NCBI GenBank assembly: GCA_964249755.1
Contig: CAXUDB010000002.1
Coordinates: 548,267 to 612,266 of the forward strand
Length of the DNA stretch: 64,000 nt
DNA from: an uncultured Ilyomonas sp.
GTDB lineage: Bacteria; Bacteroidota; Bacteroidia; Chitinophagales; Chitinophagaceae
Reading direction: 5' to 3'
Positions 18,423 through 28,594 of the stretch are shown here, in pieces. Both the position numbers and the translations under genes were made by a program. Every line of letters starts with the position of its first letter. The first letter of the stretch is position 1. The notes beneath the pieces were generated by a model. That model was not told the origin of the DNA. It did no database searches and saw nothing but the letters and a program-made list of their open reading frames with translations.

Positions 18423-19997
18423 ATGAGTTGGCGATTGTACAACCAATGTTTATGGGTACAACGGATGTTGTTAGCTATAACAACAACGATAATGACCTTT
18501 ACCTCTTATAGTCAAACGGCATCAGCTACTTATCAGCCACCCTTTTTTAGAGATAGTAACCGGCTTCAAAATATAGAGAAAACTTACCCGCTTGTTGACA
18601 GTCTTTTTCAGGCTTATGCTAGTAAAAATCATTATCCCGGGATAGCTTTTGGATTGGTAGCAGATGGTAAATTGGTTCATTCTAACGGGTACGGGTTTAC
18701 CGATGCGGAGAAGAAAATTCCGGCGACTCCTTCTTCTCTTTTTCGCATCGCTTCGATGAGCAAAAGCTTTACGGCGATGGCTATTTTAAAGCTGCGCGAT
18801 GAAGGCAAACTTAAGCTTGATGACCCGGCTTATCTCTACATCCCCGAGATGAAGAATTTACACTATCTTACCACAGATGCTGCACCCATTACAATTAGAC
18901 ATTTGCTTACCCATGCCGCTGGTTTCCCGGAAGATAATCCCTGGGGCGACCGCCAGTTGGAAGATACGGATACGCAGCTTATTGACCTCATAAAAAAAGG
19001 TGTTTCTTTTTCAATGGTTCCCGGCTCGGCTTACGAATACAGCAACCTTGCGTTTGCCCTGTTGGGTCATATTATCACTACAATCTCCGGCAAGCAATAC
19101 GAACAATACATTTCCGAAAATATCCTTCATCCACTCCGCATGAAGAACACAAAATGGGAATTTACACAGGTTGCTCCGCAACAATTAGCGCATGGCTATC
19201 GCTGGTTAAATAACGGTTGGGTTGAACAGCCTCTGCTGCATGATGGCTCATATGGTGCTATGGGTGGATTGATTACGTCTATAGAAGATTTCAGCCGCTA
19301 CATCGCATTGCATTTGAGTGCTACGCCGCCTGCAAATGATAAAGAAACCGGATCAATTAAACGAAGCTCACTGCGCGAAATGCAACAACCCTGGAATATT
19401 AATACTTTATCGCCGCACTATCAGTTTCCTAATGGCAGCGAGTGCGCCACGCTCACTGCTTATGGCTATGGGCTGAGATGGATGAAGGATTGCGATAACA
19501 AAGTGTATGTTGGTCATAGCGGTGGTTTGCCCGGCTTTGGCAGCGAGTGGAAGATTTTACCGGAATATGGCATCGGCATTGTTTCGTTTGCCAATCTCAC
19601 GTATGCTGGTATGAGTATTATCAATTTGCAGGTGCTTGATACCATTATTAGTATGGCGCATTTGCAGCCACGACAATTGCCACCTTCCGCTATTTTACAA
19701 CAACGGAGAGATGAATTAATAAAGATATTGCCTGCCTGGAGCAACGCGCAGCAAAGCGGCCTCTTTGCCGAAAACTTTTTTATGGATTATCCCATTGATA
19801 GTTTGCGCAGCGAAGCCAATGCAATTTTTATCGGCGCAGGCAAAGTTGTAAGAATAGAAGATGTTGTTCCGCTCAATCAATTGCGCGGCAGTTTCACTAT
19901 TGTGTGTGAAAAGAAAAATATTGTTGTTCAGTTCACCCTAACGCCTGAAAATCCTCCGCTCATTCAGGAATATCATATCAAGGAAGTGGAAAAGTAG
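18423..19997 (+). CDS. Serine hydrolase (beta-lactamase class C/AmpC-like family)
   Basis: SxxK 'SMSK', 'LLTHAAG', 'YSN', 'GHSGG'; exact start uncertain. Confidence 0.88.
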   Translation: MSWRLYNQCLWVQRMLLAITTTIMTFTSYSQTASATYQPPFFRDSNRLQNIEKTYPLVDSLFQAYASKNHYPGIAFGLVADGKLVHSNGYGFTDAEKKIPATPSSLFRIASMSKSFTAMAILKLRDEGKLKLDDPAYLYIPEMKNLHYLTTDAAPITIRHLLTHAAGFPEDNPWGDRQLEDTDTQLIDLIKKGVSFSMVPGSAYEYSNLAFALLGHIITTISGKQYEQYISENILHPLRMKNTKWEFTQVAPQQLAHGYRWLNNGWVEQPLLHDGSYGAMGGLITSIEDFSRYIALHLSATPPANDKETGSIKRSSLREMQQPWNINTLSPHYQFPNGSECATLTAYGYGLRWMKDCDNKVYVGHSGGLPGFGSEWKILPEYGIGIVSFANLTYAGMSIINLQVLDTIISMAHLQPRQLPPSAILQQRRDELIKILPAWSNAQQSGLFAENFFMDYPIDSLRSEANAIFIGAGKVVRIEDVVPLNQLRGSFTIVCEKKNIVVQFTLTPENPPLIQEYHIKEVEK

Positions 19998-20136
19998 AAC
20001 AAGAGACTTGTAAGTTTTCAGCTTAAATGCTGACAGAGTTCCAAACCCTATGAGCATTTCGATAGCCTCTACTCACAATCATTCTGAACAATTATATTTG
20101 TTGCCATTTCTCAATTTACCAAAGGCTTTGCTTTTT

Positions 20137-21927
20137 ATGAATGGACCTACTCGACTTTTTGATGCGATTGACCTGCAGCTTCAAAAATTTCCCGACATCA
20201 CCATGCTGGCTGCCAAAGAAAATGGCAATTGGAAAACCTACACGACGACAGAAGTAAAAAACATCGTCAGCCGTTTTTCCGCAGGCTTGCTACAACTGGG
20301 GGTTGGTGCAAGTGAATATACACCCGAAGGCGCTGATAAAATTGCCATCATCAGCAACAACCGCCCGGAATGGATCATTACCGACCTTGCTGTGCAGCAA
20401 ACCGGCGCTATCCTTGTACCATTATACCCCACCACAAATCCTCTGGAAATTACTTTTATATTGAATGATGCTGCCGTGAAATACATCTTCGTGAGTAGCG
20501 AAGATTTGTACCATAAAATAGCTGCCATACAAGCCGATATTCCTTCATTAAAAGCTATCTATTCGTTTGAACCTATCGAAGGGGTAAATCACTGGTCGGC
20601 AATTACAGAGCACAGCAATAGCGAAGCTGAACAAAAAATAGAAGAGATAAAAAAGTCCATACCGGAAGAACATCTTGCTACCATCATCTATACCTCCGGC
20701 ACTACAGGCACACCTAAAGGTGTGATGCTCACTCATAAGAACATTGTGAGTAATGCGCTGTATTCAAAAGAAAGCTTTCCGTTTGAAGACGCACCGGGCA
20801 CTAAAGTGCTCAGTTTCCTTCCGCTCAACCATATCTTCGAAAAGTGTGTCAGCTATATCTATCTCTTCAGCGGCATCAGTATTTACTATGCAGAAAGCCT
20901 TGAAACCATTGGCGCCAATCTGAAAGAAATAAAACCCAATGGCTTCACTACCGTGCCACGTCTGTTGGAGAAAGTGTTTGAACGCATCATGACAACCGGC
21001 TCGCAATTAAAAGGTATTAAACGCGCGCTTTTTTTCTGGGCCGTGCGCATCGCCACGCAATATGATAATCTCAAAAACGGCGGTACTATTTATAACCTGA
21101 GACTGAAGCTGGCGAACAAACTCATCTTTACCAAATGGCGTGAGGCGCTGGGCGGAAACATCTCTTTTATTGTTACCGGCGGTGCGGCTTGTAGCGAAAA
21201 GCTGCTGCGAATTTTCAACGGTGCAGGCATACCAGTATATGAAGGATATGGACCTACGGAAAACAGTCCTGTAATTGCCGTGAACCGCAAGACGAATGAA
21301 GACACTAAATTTGGAACCGTAGGTCCGATAATAAAAGGTGTGGAGCTGAAACTGGAAGAAGATGGTGAAATATGTGTAAGTGGAAACAGTGTAATGAAAG
21401 GGTATTATAAACGTCCTGACTTAACTGCAGAAACCGTGATTGACGGCTGGCTGCACACGGGTGATATCGGTGTAATAGAAGAAGGGAAATTTTTAAAAAT
21501 CACTGACCGCAAAAAGGAGTTGTTTAAAACCAGTGGCGGCAAATATGTAGCGCCGCAGCCGATAGAGAACAAACTGAAAGAAAGCATGTATGTAGAACAG
21601 GTGATGGTGGTAGGCGCAGGCGAAAAATTTGTAGGTGCTTTGATTGTTCCTGCTTTTGCGGCATTGCAGCGTTGGGCGAAAGAAAACGGTGTAACCTACA
21701 CGAGTAATGAACAGATTATTGAAGAGCCGAAGGTGCAGGAGCTGTATCGTTCTATACGTGACAAGTACAACGTCTTCTTTAACCAGGTAGAGCAGGTAAA
21801 ACGCTTTGAATTGCTGCCTAAAGAATGGGGGATTGATACGGGCGAGATGACGCCGAAGATGAGCCTGAAACGCAAAGTGATAATGGAAAAATATAAGAAA
21901 AAAGTCGAGGAAATTTATAAAGGCTGA
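20137..21927 (+). CDS. Long-chain fatty acid-CoA ligase (AMP-binding)
   Basis: 'YTSGTTGTPKG', 'EGYGPTE', 'GWLHTGDIG', 'DRKK'; start moved to ATG 20137. Confidence 0.92.
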   Translation: MNGPTRLFDAIDLQLQKFPDITMLAAKENGNWKTYTTTEVKNIVSRFSAGLLQLGVGASEYTPEGADKIAIISNNRPEWIITDLAVQQTGAILVPLYPTTNPLEITFILNDAAVKYIFVSSEDLYHKIAAIQADIPSLKAIYSFEPIEGVNHWSAITEHSNSEAEQKIEEIKKSIPEEHLATIIYTSGTTGTPKGVMLTHKNIVSNALYSKESFPFEDAPGTKVLSFLPLNHIFEKCVSYIYLFSGISIYYAESLETIGANLKEIKPNGFTTVPRLLEKVFERIMTTGSQLKGIKRALFFWAVRIATQYDNLKNGGTIYNLRLKLANKLIFTKWREALGGNISFIVTGGAACSEKLLRIFNGAGIPVYEGYGPTENSPVIAVNRKTNEDTKFGTVGPIIKGVELKLEEDGEICVSGNSVMKGYYKRPDLTAETVIDGWLHTGDIGVIEEGKFLKITDRKKELFKTSGGKYVAPQPIENKLKESMYVEQVMVVGAGEKFVGALIVPAFAALQRWAKENGVTYTSNEQIIEEPKVQELYRSIRDKYNVFFNQVEQVKRFELLPKEWGIDTGEMTPKMSLKRKVIMEKYKKKVEEIYKG

Positions 21928-22418
21928 TTGTTTTTGTCTTCCTGTTCTTTTAAAAGTTGCTTGATCTTTTCTAAGTAAATGACATCGAGCTGATCTTTGG
22001 GACGGTTAACCGCTTTTTTATTTTCGATAAGATGGTTAATGTGGAGGAAGGGAACTTGGATATTTTCGATAGTAGCAATTGCAGCCATCTTTAAACAATC
22101 ATTAAAAGAAAAATTTTCTATTCCTTTCATTTCAATCATCAGGTCTAAACGAACACCATTATTTAAATTAAAGTGTGTCCAACCAGGAACTATTTGCATA
22201 TAATCCAACATGAAGTAATCAATATTTGAATATTTCTTCAGCGCTTTCCGTAGGTGATTCCTGTTTTCAGCAGTATCATCAATCCATAAATCAATATCAT
22301 TGGTTACTCTATTGTACCCATGCAGATTAGCAGCAAAGCCGCCAACCATAATATACCTGACTTTATACTCACTTAATGCTGACCATAGTTTGATAAATTC
22401 ACTATCGTAAATGTCCAT
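21915..22418 (-). CDS. Minimal nucleotidyltransferase-fold protein (DUF6036-like)
   Basis: 'VGGFA..HG..R.TNDID.W', C-terminal 'NKKAVNRPKDQLD'. Confidence 0.75.
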   Translation of the reverse strand: MDIYDSEFIKLWSALSEYKVRYIMVGGFAANLHGYNRVTNDIDLWIDDTAENRNHLRKALKKYSNIDYFMLDYMQIVPGWTHFNLNNGVRLDLMIEMKGIENFSFNDCLKMAAIATIENIQVPFLHINHLIENKKAVNRPKDQLDVIYLEKIKQLLKEQEDKNNQPL

Positions 22419-22434
22419 AGTAAACTGTATTGGT

Positions 22435-22623
22435 TCATCTGTTTTCAGTTATGGATAAGGGCTTGTGAGTAATAATAGCTTTTTTTAGTGTATTGCTGAT
22501 TTTCATTAAAGTCATAAGAGTTCTAAAGCGCTCTTCGTGTGTTTTATTCAAAGCAGCCCTCAGCAAATCCATCTCGGCTTTTTCATAATCGGGTTCTCTG
22601 TTTTCTGGTGATTCCTGAATCAT
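22435..22623 (-). CDS. Small hypothetical protein upstream of the nucleotidyltransferase
   Basis: 62-aa helical ORF with 'THEERF..LM.L', 16 nt upstream of the NTase. Confidence 0.6.
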   Translation of the reverse strand: MIQESPENREPDYEKAEMDLLRAALNKTHEERFRTLMTLMKISNTLKKAIITHKPLSITENR

Positions 22624-22665
22624 AACTGCAATTTATTTCATTTAGAAGAAACGGTTTGCAAAACT

Positions 22666-23439
22666 TTGTTTTATCATTTCTCTAATGGAATCACATCCTT
22701 TTTCAGCTATCTTCACGATGTGATTTTACAGACATTAACACTGGAAACAAAGCTTCAGCAGAACACAACTACTTTTCATCCCGTAGTGCCGTTTAATCCT
22801 TCGGAGAATAAACTGCTGCTGCTGGATTTTACTGCCCGCAACAGCGAACTTTCTGATGTGATGCTGTATGATGTTAGCTTGTTCAGCCAATACATCAACC
22901 ACAAATTAAAACAGGCTGGTGCAACGTATGGCATCGGTGGTTATACCGAACATCGAACCATTTATTCCCGTAGTTCTGTGTTTAACTCGACTCTGGAAGA
23001 TGCAGAGCCTCGCCGGCTGCATCTGGGCATTGACATTTGGGGAAAGCCCGGCACGCCTGTGTTTGCGCCGCTCGGTGGCGTGGTTCATAGTTATGCTTTT
23101 AATGATCAGGTTGGCGATTATGGCGCAACAATCATTCTGCTGCACCAACTAAATGGCACCTCTTTTCATACGCTATACGGTCACCTGAGTCTTGCTGATC
23201 TTACCAACCTTGAAGCCGGCAAATACGTAAGCCTAGGAGAAACCATCGGGCGTTTTGGGGAGCCGTTTGAGAACGGCAACTGGCCGCCACATCTTCATTT
23301 TCAAATCATTAAAAATCTGGAAGGCAAAGAAGGTGATTATCCCGGCGTTTGTGCTTACGGACAAAGGGAAAAATATATGCAGAATTGTCCCGATCCGGAT
23401 TGGATAGTTAACATGATGCAGTATGCAAAAAAGGAATGA
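22666..23439 (+). CDS. Peptidase M23-family protein
   Basis: 'HLGID.W', 'LYGHL', 'NGNWPPHLHFQ'; start uncertain. Confidence 0.85.
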   Translation: MFYHFSNGITSFFSYLHDVILQTLTLETKLQQNTTTFHPVVPFNPSENKLLLLDFTARNSELSDVMLYDVSLFSQYINHKLKQAGATYGIGGYTEHRTIYSRSSVFNSTLEDAEPRRLHLGIDIWGKPGTPVFAPLGGVVHSYAFNDQVGDYGATIILLHQLNGTSFHTLYGHLSLADLTNLEAGKYVSLGETIGRFGEPFENGNWPPHLHFQIIKNLEGKEGDYPGVCAYGQREKYMQNCPDPDWIVNMMQYAKKE

Positions 23440-23474
23440 CTGCTGATGTTATAACACACAATTTATCGTCTTCC

Positions 23475-23771
23475 TCATAAGTCGCGCAGTAGCTCTTCTG
23501 TTAGTTCTTTCCATTCTTCCTTTAGGCTTATTTCTTTCATTTTTCTGCCGGCTTTGCTATACCAGTAATTCGCGTTCCAGTTGTCGCCTTCTACACGGTG
23601 CAGGTAAGCATGAACCGCTGCAGCCTGGCTGCCCGGCAAGCTGTCAACCAGTTGGTGCGCTTTGTTCCAATCTCCTTTGGCATCGTACCACAAAGCCTGT
23701 AGGTAAACGGATATATTTTGAGGCGGCGCATTATTTGATAAACTGGCTTCAAAAGCGGATGGTGTCATCAT
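23475..23771 (-). CDS. Conserved hypothetical protein
   Basis: 'W.KAH..V','VHAYLHRVEGD.WNA.YWY' conserved family; start moved to 23771. Confidence 0.78.
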   Translation of the reverse strand: MMTPSAFEASLSNNAPPQNISVYLQALWYDAKGDWNKAHQLVDSLPGSQAAAVHAYLHRVEGDNWNANYWYSKAGRKMKEISLKEEWKELTEELLRDL

Positions 23772-23948
23772 GATTATTTTTTTAAAATAATTGAAATTCT
23801 GTAAGACAAGGATAGAGCTTTTGCAAAATATATGCAAAGCGAATGGTAAATGAATAACTGCGCTTTTTGTTGATAACGCTTGCAGCCATTTCCCTAAATG
23901 CTGTGTCTAACTTTTATCTTCGTACTTTCCGTTTCATCGCATACCTAT

Positions 23949-25217
23949 ATGACACAAATCAGCCTTTCTATATTCCTCGCCATTTTTTTATTGTTCATCA
24001 TCTTTTTTGCCGGTATTGAAATCGCCTTTATCAATGCTAACCGGCTGGGTATTGAACTAAAGAAAAAACAGGGAAGAAGAGGCGGTATTATCCTGTCGGA
24101 TTTTTTTGAGAAGCCCAATGAGTTTCTTGGCGTTTGCTTAGTAGGTATGGTTTTATCGCTGGTGTTGTTTGTACTGATTTTAATGCAACTTCTTGCCAAC
24201 AGCCTATGGACCATTCCTTTCTTTCGCAGCATTCAGAACGAATATCTTTTTCTCATCGCCGATGCATTGGCGGGCATCGTTGTCCTCTTATTTTTTATTG
24301 AGTTCATCACCAAAGCTGTGTTCCGCGCGAAAAGCAATTCGTTATTGTCTTTCTTTGCGCCGCTGGCGAAGCTGTTTTACAGCATCCTTCACCCGCTGGT
24401 AAGTTTGTTTGTATCGTTTGCCAATGGCATCCTGCGTTTTCTCTTTAATGTAAAACTGAAGGAAAACAGCGAGCCGTTTACCAAAACTGATATCGAGAAT
24501 TACTATCAGCAAAACAATGAGCAGGACGAAGAGCATCCGGAAATGAATAAAGAACTGTTCGAGAATGCGCTTTCATTGCCCAATATAAAAATAAGGCGCT
24601 GCCTGGTGCCGCGTACCGAAATAGAAGCAGTGAATATTGATACCACGATGGATGCAGTAAAAGAAAAATTCCTGGAAACGAAGTTAAGCAAGATGGTGGT
24701 GTTTGAAGAAAACGTTGACAATATCATCGGCTATATTCACCAGTTAGATTTATTTAAAAAGCCGGCTGATATTCGCTCCATCCTGCTCAATATTCCCGCC
24801 GTTCCCGAGAGCATGAGCGCAACCGATCTCATCACCAAGTTTTCGCGCGAGCGCAAAAGCATTGCCTGGGTGGTGGATGAATTTGGCGGCACAGCCGGCA
24901 TTGTAACGATGGAAGATGTGCTGGAGGAAATTTTTGGCGACATCAATGATGAGTACGATACAGAAGAGTTTGTAGAGAAACGGCTGAGCGAAAATGAATA
25001 CATTTTTTCGGGGCGGCTGGAGCTGGACTACCTTTGTGAAAAATATGGTCTTGCTTTTCCGGAGAACGAATCGGAAACTCTTTCGGGCTATATTATTGAC
25101 GAACACAAAAGCATTCCCAAGTTCAAGGAGCGCATCATTATCGGCGACCACGAATTCGATGTGCTGAATGTAAGCAACACGCGCATCGAAATGATAAAAA
25201 TGAAAGTGCTGCGATAA
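23949..25217 (+). CDS. Hemolysin/CNNM family protein (DUF21-CBS-CBS-CorC)
   Basis: 'FAGIEIAF', 'VVDEFGGTAGIVTMEDVLEEIFGDI.DEYD', 'ETLSGYI'. Confidence 0.9.
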   Translation: MTQISLSIFLAIFLLFIIFFAGIEIAFINANRLGIELKKKQGRRGGIILSDFFEKPNEFLGVCLVGMVLSLVLFVLILMQLLANSLWTIPFFRSIQNEYLFLIADALAGIVVLLFFIEFITKAVFRAKSNSLLSFFAPLAKLFYSILHPLVSLFVSFANGILRFLFNVKLKENSEPFTKTDIENYYQQNNEQDEEHPEMNKELFENALSLPNIKIRRCLVPRTEIEAVNIDTTMDAVKEKFLETKLSKMVVFEENVDNIIGYIHQLDLFKKPADIRSILLNIPAVPESMSATDLITKFSRERKSIAWVVDEFGGTAGIVTMEDVLEEIFGDINDEYDTEEFVEKRLSENEYIFSGRLELDYLCEKYGLAFPENESETLSGYIIDEHKSIPKFKERIIIGDHEFDVLNVSNTRIEMIKMKVLR

Positions 25218-25233
25218 TATACAACCTCACGCC

Positions 25234-25241
25234 TACCTTTG
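25234..25241 (+). promoter_or_regulatory. -7 element upstream of tatC
   Basis: TACCTTTG, 26 nt before the ATG. Confidence 0.55.
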
Positions 25242-25267
25242 CCCGCAACAATTTCGTACTTGGTATA

Positions 25268-26134
25268 ATGGCTACATCAATTTTTAATCGCGGCGGCACA
25301 CCCGAAACGGCAGAAATGTCTTTCGTGGATCATCTCGAAGCCCTGCGCTGGCATATCATTCGGTCCGTTCTCGCGATATTGGTTTTTGCAGGAGTCATTT
25401 TTTATTACCACGAGTGGGTGTTTGATAATGTAATCGCCGGTCCCATCAATCCCAACTTTTTAAGCTACTCAGTGCTTTGCAGGTTCAGCCACTTTCTTCA
25501 TACAGATGCATTGTGCCTCAAAAGCGTAAACATACAATTGCAGACCACTACTTATGGCGGTCAGTTTCTTGGCAGCATCAGTATGGCTTTAATAGGAGGC
25601 GTGATTGCCGCCTTCCCTTATATTTTTTGGGAGTTCTGGCGTTTTGTAAAGCCGGCACTGAAGCCAAAAGAACTACGCAACACGCAGTTTATCATCATTT
25701 GGGTATCTTTCTTTTTCTTCTTAGGAGCTGCTTTTGGTTATTTTATCCTTGGACCTTTTACTTTCAATTTCTTGGGCTCGTTTAATATCAGTGCACAGTC
25801 ATTACTTATCACCAAACCCACGCTGGACGATTATCTCGACAATATCACTAACATCATTCTCGGCTGTGGTATTGCTTTCGAGCTTCCGGTGCTTGCCTCT
25901 GTGCTCACACGTATTGGTTTAATTACGCCACAGTTCCTTCGCAAGTCGCGCAAGTATGCCGTTGTGGTAATATTGGTGGTTGCTGCCGTTATCACACCCA
26001 GCCCCGATTGGATCAGCCAGATGATTGTATTCACGCCTTTGTTTTTGTTGTATCAATTGAGCATTCTCGTTTCCAAACGCACTTACAAATCCATTCATGA
26101 AGAAGATGAGAAAGAAGCGAAGGAGTGGGAGTAG
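25268..26134 (+). CDS. tatC: Twin-arginine translocase subunit TatC
   Basis: 'MSFVDHLEALR', 'W.FVKPAL', 'FELP', 'AVITPSPD'. Confidence 0.95.
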   Translation: MATSIFNRGGTPETAEMSFVDHLEALRWHIIRSVLAILVFAGVIFYYHEWVFDNVIAGPINPNFLSYSVLCRFSHFLHTDALCLKSVNIQLQTTTYGGQFLGSISMALIGGVIAAFPYIFWEFWRFVKPALKPKELRNTQFIIIWVSFFFFLGAAFGYFILGPFTFNFLGSFNISAQSLLITKPTLDDYLDNITNIILGCGIAFELPVLASVLTRIGLITPQFLRKSRKYAVVVILVVAAVITPSPDWISQMIVFTPLFLLYQLSILVSKRTYKSIHEEDEKEAKEWE

Positions 26135-26207
26135 CCAAAGTGGAATAAAAGTATGGACACACAGCAGAGGCAACTAACAAAAGCCACAACAAATAAAAGC
26201 ACAACAC

Positions 26208-26308
26208 AACAGCCATAATGGACCAGAAGTCCGTCTCTCCGATTGAGCATCGTTGCAGCCTGTGGCGCTTTCAGCGTCATCGCACTCTTCAACGCTTTGA
26301 AAATAATT
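26208..26308 (+). repeat. Dispersed ~100-bp repeat, copy B
   Basis: About 83% identical to 3512-3611 by hand alignment. Confidence 0.85.
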
Positions 26309-26367
26309 GAGCTGCAGAGAGATTGCGATTGTATTTAGCGAATTATCTTAAAAGATGATAACGGCGT

Positions 26368-26578
26368 GTCATTCCGCAAGTATCCCCGGCATCGTTTATC
26401 GAAAATCAATCTTGCGGGGATTTTGTGCGGAATCTGCGCTGAATATTTTAATTCGGTTAAAAGAGCAGAAAGCATTTTTATCCCTTGTAAGGATAATAAT
26501 ACAATCATCAGATTCCGCACAAAGCCCTCGCAAGATGCTGGTGTTGCTAAGTCGTGTTGAGGGCAATTGTGGAATGAC
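26368..26578. repeat. Nested-palindrome (REPIN/MITE-like) element, copy 1
   Basis: Ends gtcattccgcaa / ttgtggaatgac; internal 26-bp IR at 26411-26436 and 26509-26534; homologous to 34354-34585. Confidence 0.85.
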
Positions 26579-26611
26579 GGTAAACACCTGGTTTTCAAAT
26601 TATCTTACTGA

Positions 26612-27781
26612 CTATGTTCTTTTATCCACCAACACTTCACCACTATCCTCTTTATTATTACTACCTACAATGCTATGGCTGTTTTTCCCAAACCATTTAT
26701 AAGAATGTGCCTTGTGTTGCTGAATCAATTCAATGCTTTTTTTATACGACAAAATACCTGCACAAAAAACAACAAGGTTATTACCAGAAGAGAACATTGA
26801 TTCATCATTGCCGGTTTCTATTGCAACATTCGAATGGTATTGCTGAATGATCTTTTTAGCTTTATCGGTTGCGGCTTCATCGCCCCATAAAACCACTTTT
26901 TCAAAAGGTTTGCTTGTTCTCTTTCTTTTAAACCGTAATACAATAACTGAGAGAAAACCTCTTGCTGCAATGCCGGCTTGCATGCCTTGTCGCAACAGCC
27001 ACGCACCTGCACCGCGATACCATTTTTTTACAAACAAATTCATGGCACCGTAAAAGACCTTCACGTATCGCAGATCATTTTTCTTCGTGCTTTCCCCTTT
27101 AAAATGAACGATAGCAACATCGCCTAAATAATAGTTTTGATAGCCCGCTTTCTGTACCCGATAACTTAGATCTATGTCTTCCGCATACATAAAAAACCGC
27201 TCGTCAAAACCGCCGGTATTATCAAGAATAAATTTTGGAACTATCATAAAGGCACCGGAAATTACATCTACAACATGCACTTCATTTTGTGCAAGATAAC
27301 CCAGCGCATACTTTCCAAACAGAGGCGAGGAGGGAAACAGAGAAGATAAACCCAACATCTTATACAACGATACTAAAGGCGAAGGAAAAGCCCGTTTGCT
27401 TTCGGGTAGAAAACTACCGGAACCATCAAGCATTCTTACACCAACCGCACCTGCCTGTATGTTTTGTTCGTAAAAAAAGATGCACTTCTCTAATGCATCT
27501 TCCGGCAGTATCGTATCAGGATTTAAAAATAAAATGTAGTTGCCTTTTGCTTCTGCTAAAGCCCTGTTATTCGCTTTCGCAAAGCCTTCATTGTGCTTAT
27601 TTTGAAGGAACGTTACCCAGGGAAATTTGGATTGTAAATAAGCGGTGCTGTCATCGGTAGAATTATTATCAATTATGATAACTTCTGCCTCAATATTCTG
27701 TATGGCTTCCTTAACTGAACAGAGGCATTGCTCTGCAAAATGTTTTACATTGTAGCTAACGATGATGATGGAGAGTGTCAA
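26612..27781 (-). CDS. Glycosyltransferase family 2
   Basis: 'SIIIVSYN', 'DNNSTD', 'NEGFAKANN', 'LNPD', 'FFMYAEDID'. Confidence 0.9.
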   Translation of the reverse strand: MTLSIIIVSYNVKHFAEQCLCSVKEAIQNIEAEVIIIDNNSTDDSTAYLQSKFPWVTFLQNKHNEGFAKANNRALAEAKGNYILFLNPDTILPEDALEKCIFFYEQNIQAGAVGVRMLDGSGSFLPESKRAFPSPLVSLYKMLGLSSLFPSSPLFGKYALGYLAQNEVHVVDVISGAFMIVPKFILDNTGGFDERFFMYAEDIDLSYRVQKAGYQNYYLGDVAIVHFKGESTKKNDLRYVKVFYGAMNLFVKKWYRGAGAWLLRQGMQAGIAARGFLSVIVLRFKRKRTSKPFEKVVLWGDEAATDKAKKIIQQYHSNVAIETGNDESMFSSGNNLVVFCAGILSYKKSIELIQQHKAHSYKWFGKNSHSIVGSNNKEDSGEVLVDKRT

Positions 27782-27791
27782 GCAGAAAGGC

Positions 27792-28541
27792 TTAAATATT
27801 CAAGCCTCCGCATACGCTCAGCACTTGTCCTGTTACATACGCGCTCATATCAGATGCGAGAAACAAAGTAGCATTTGCTACTTCTTCGCCGGTGCCAAAA
27901 CGGCCCAAAGGAATTTTCTTTTTGAAATCATCGGCTGCATTGCCTTCTTTTAAATAATGCGTCATATCAGTTTCAATGAACCCAGGCGCAATGGCGTTGC
28001 AGCGGATGTTACGACTTCCTAACTCTAAAGCAACACTTTTCGTAAAGCCAATAATGCCGGCTTTGCTGGCTGCATAACTGCTTTGGCCTGCATTGCCCCT
28101 GATGCCAATGATAGAGCTCATATTGATGATGCTTCCCGACTTGGCTTTCATCATCGGTCGAATGACCTGCTTCGTCATGTTGAACACGCTCTTTAAGTTA
28201 ATGTCCATTACATCATCCCACTGTTCCGGCGAAAGGCGAAGCAGAAGATTGTCTTTGCTGATACCGGCGTTGTTTACACAAACATCTACACTTCCAAACT
28301 CTTTAAGCACGCTGTTGACAAAGCTTTCGCACGCTGCAAAATCGCCTGCGTTGCTTTGATAACTTTTGGCTTTTACGCCTAAGGCAGTAAGCCGGCCTTC
28401 CAGATCAGCGGCTTTGTCTGCGCTGCTGTCGCTTACGTAAGTAAATGCAATGTGGGCACCTTTTTCGGCCAGCTTTATTGCAATGGCTTCGCCGATGCCG
28501 CGCGCCGCGCCGGTAACAATACATACTTTGTTTTCGAGCAT
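27792..28541 (-). CDS. fabG: 3-oxoacyl-ACP reductase
   Basis: TGAARGIG, NNAGI, YAASK, 'PGFIETDMT', 'IPLGRFG'. Confidence 0.92.
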   Translation of the reverse strand: MLENKVCIVTGAARGIGEAIAIKLAEKGAHIAFTYVSDSSADKAADLEGRLTALGVKAKSYQSNAGDFAACESFVNSVLKEFGSVDVCVNNAGISKDNLLLRLSPEQWDDVMDINLKSVFNMTKQVIRPMMKAKSGSIINMSSIIGIRGNAGQSSYAASKAGIIGFTKSVALELGSRNIRCNAIAPGFIETDMTHYLKEGNAADDFKKKIPLGRFGTGEEVANATLFLASDMSAYVTGQVLSVCGGLNI

Positions 28542-28594
28542 GGAAATCGTGTGTTAGTCTGTTTATAAGATCATCAATAAAAGCGGTAAAATGG

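Noticed and set aside
26335-26702. Short ORFs in the palindromic elements (also 34449-34808)
   Set aside because: They are translations of the repeat itself (shared 'CEGFVRN.MIVL'), appear on both strands and have no protein features.
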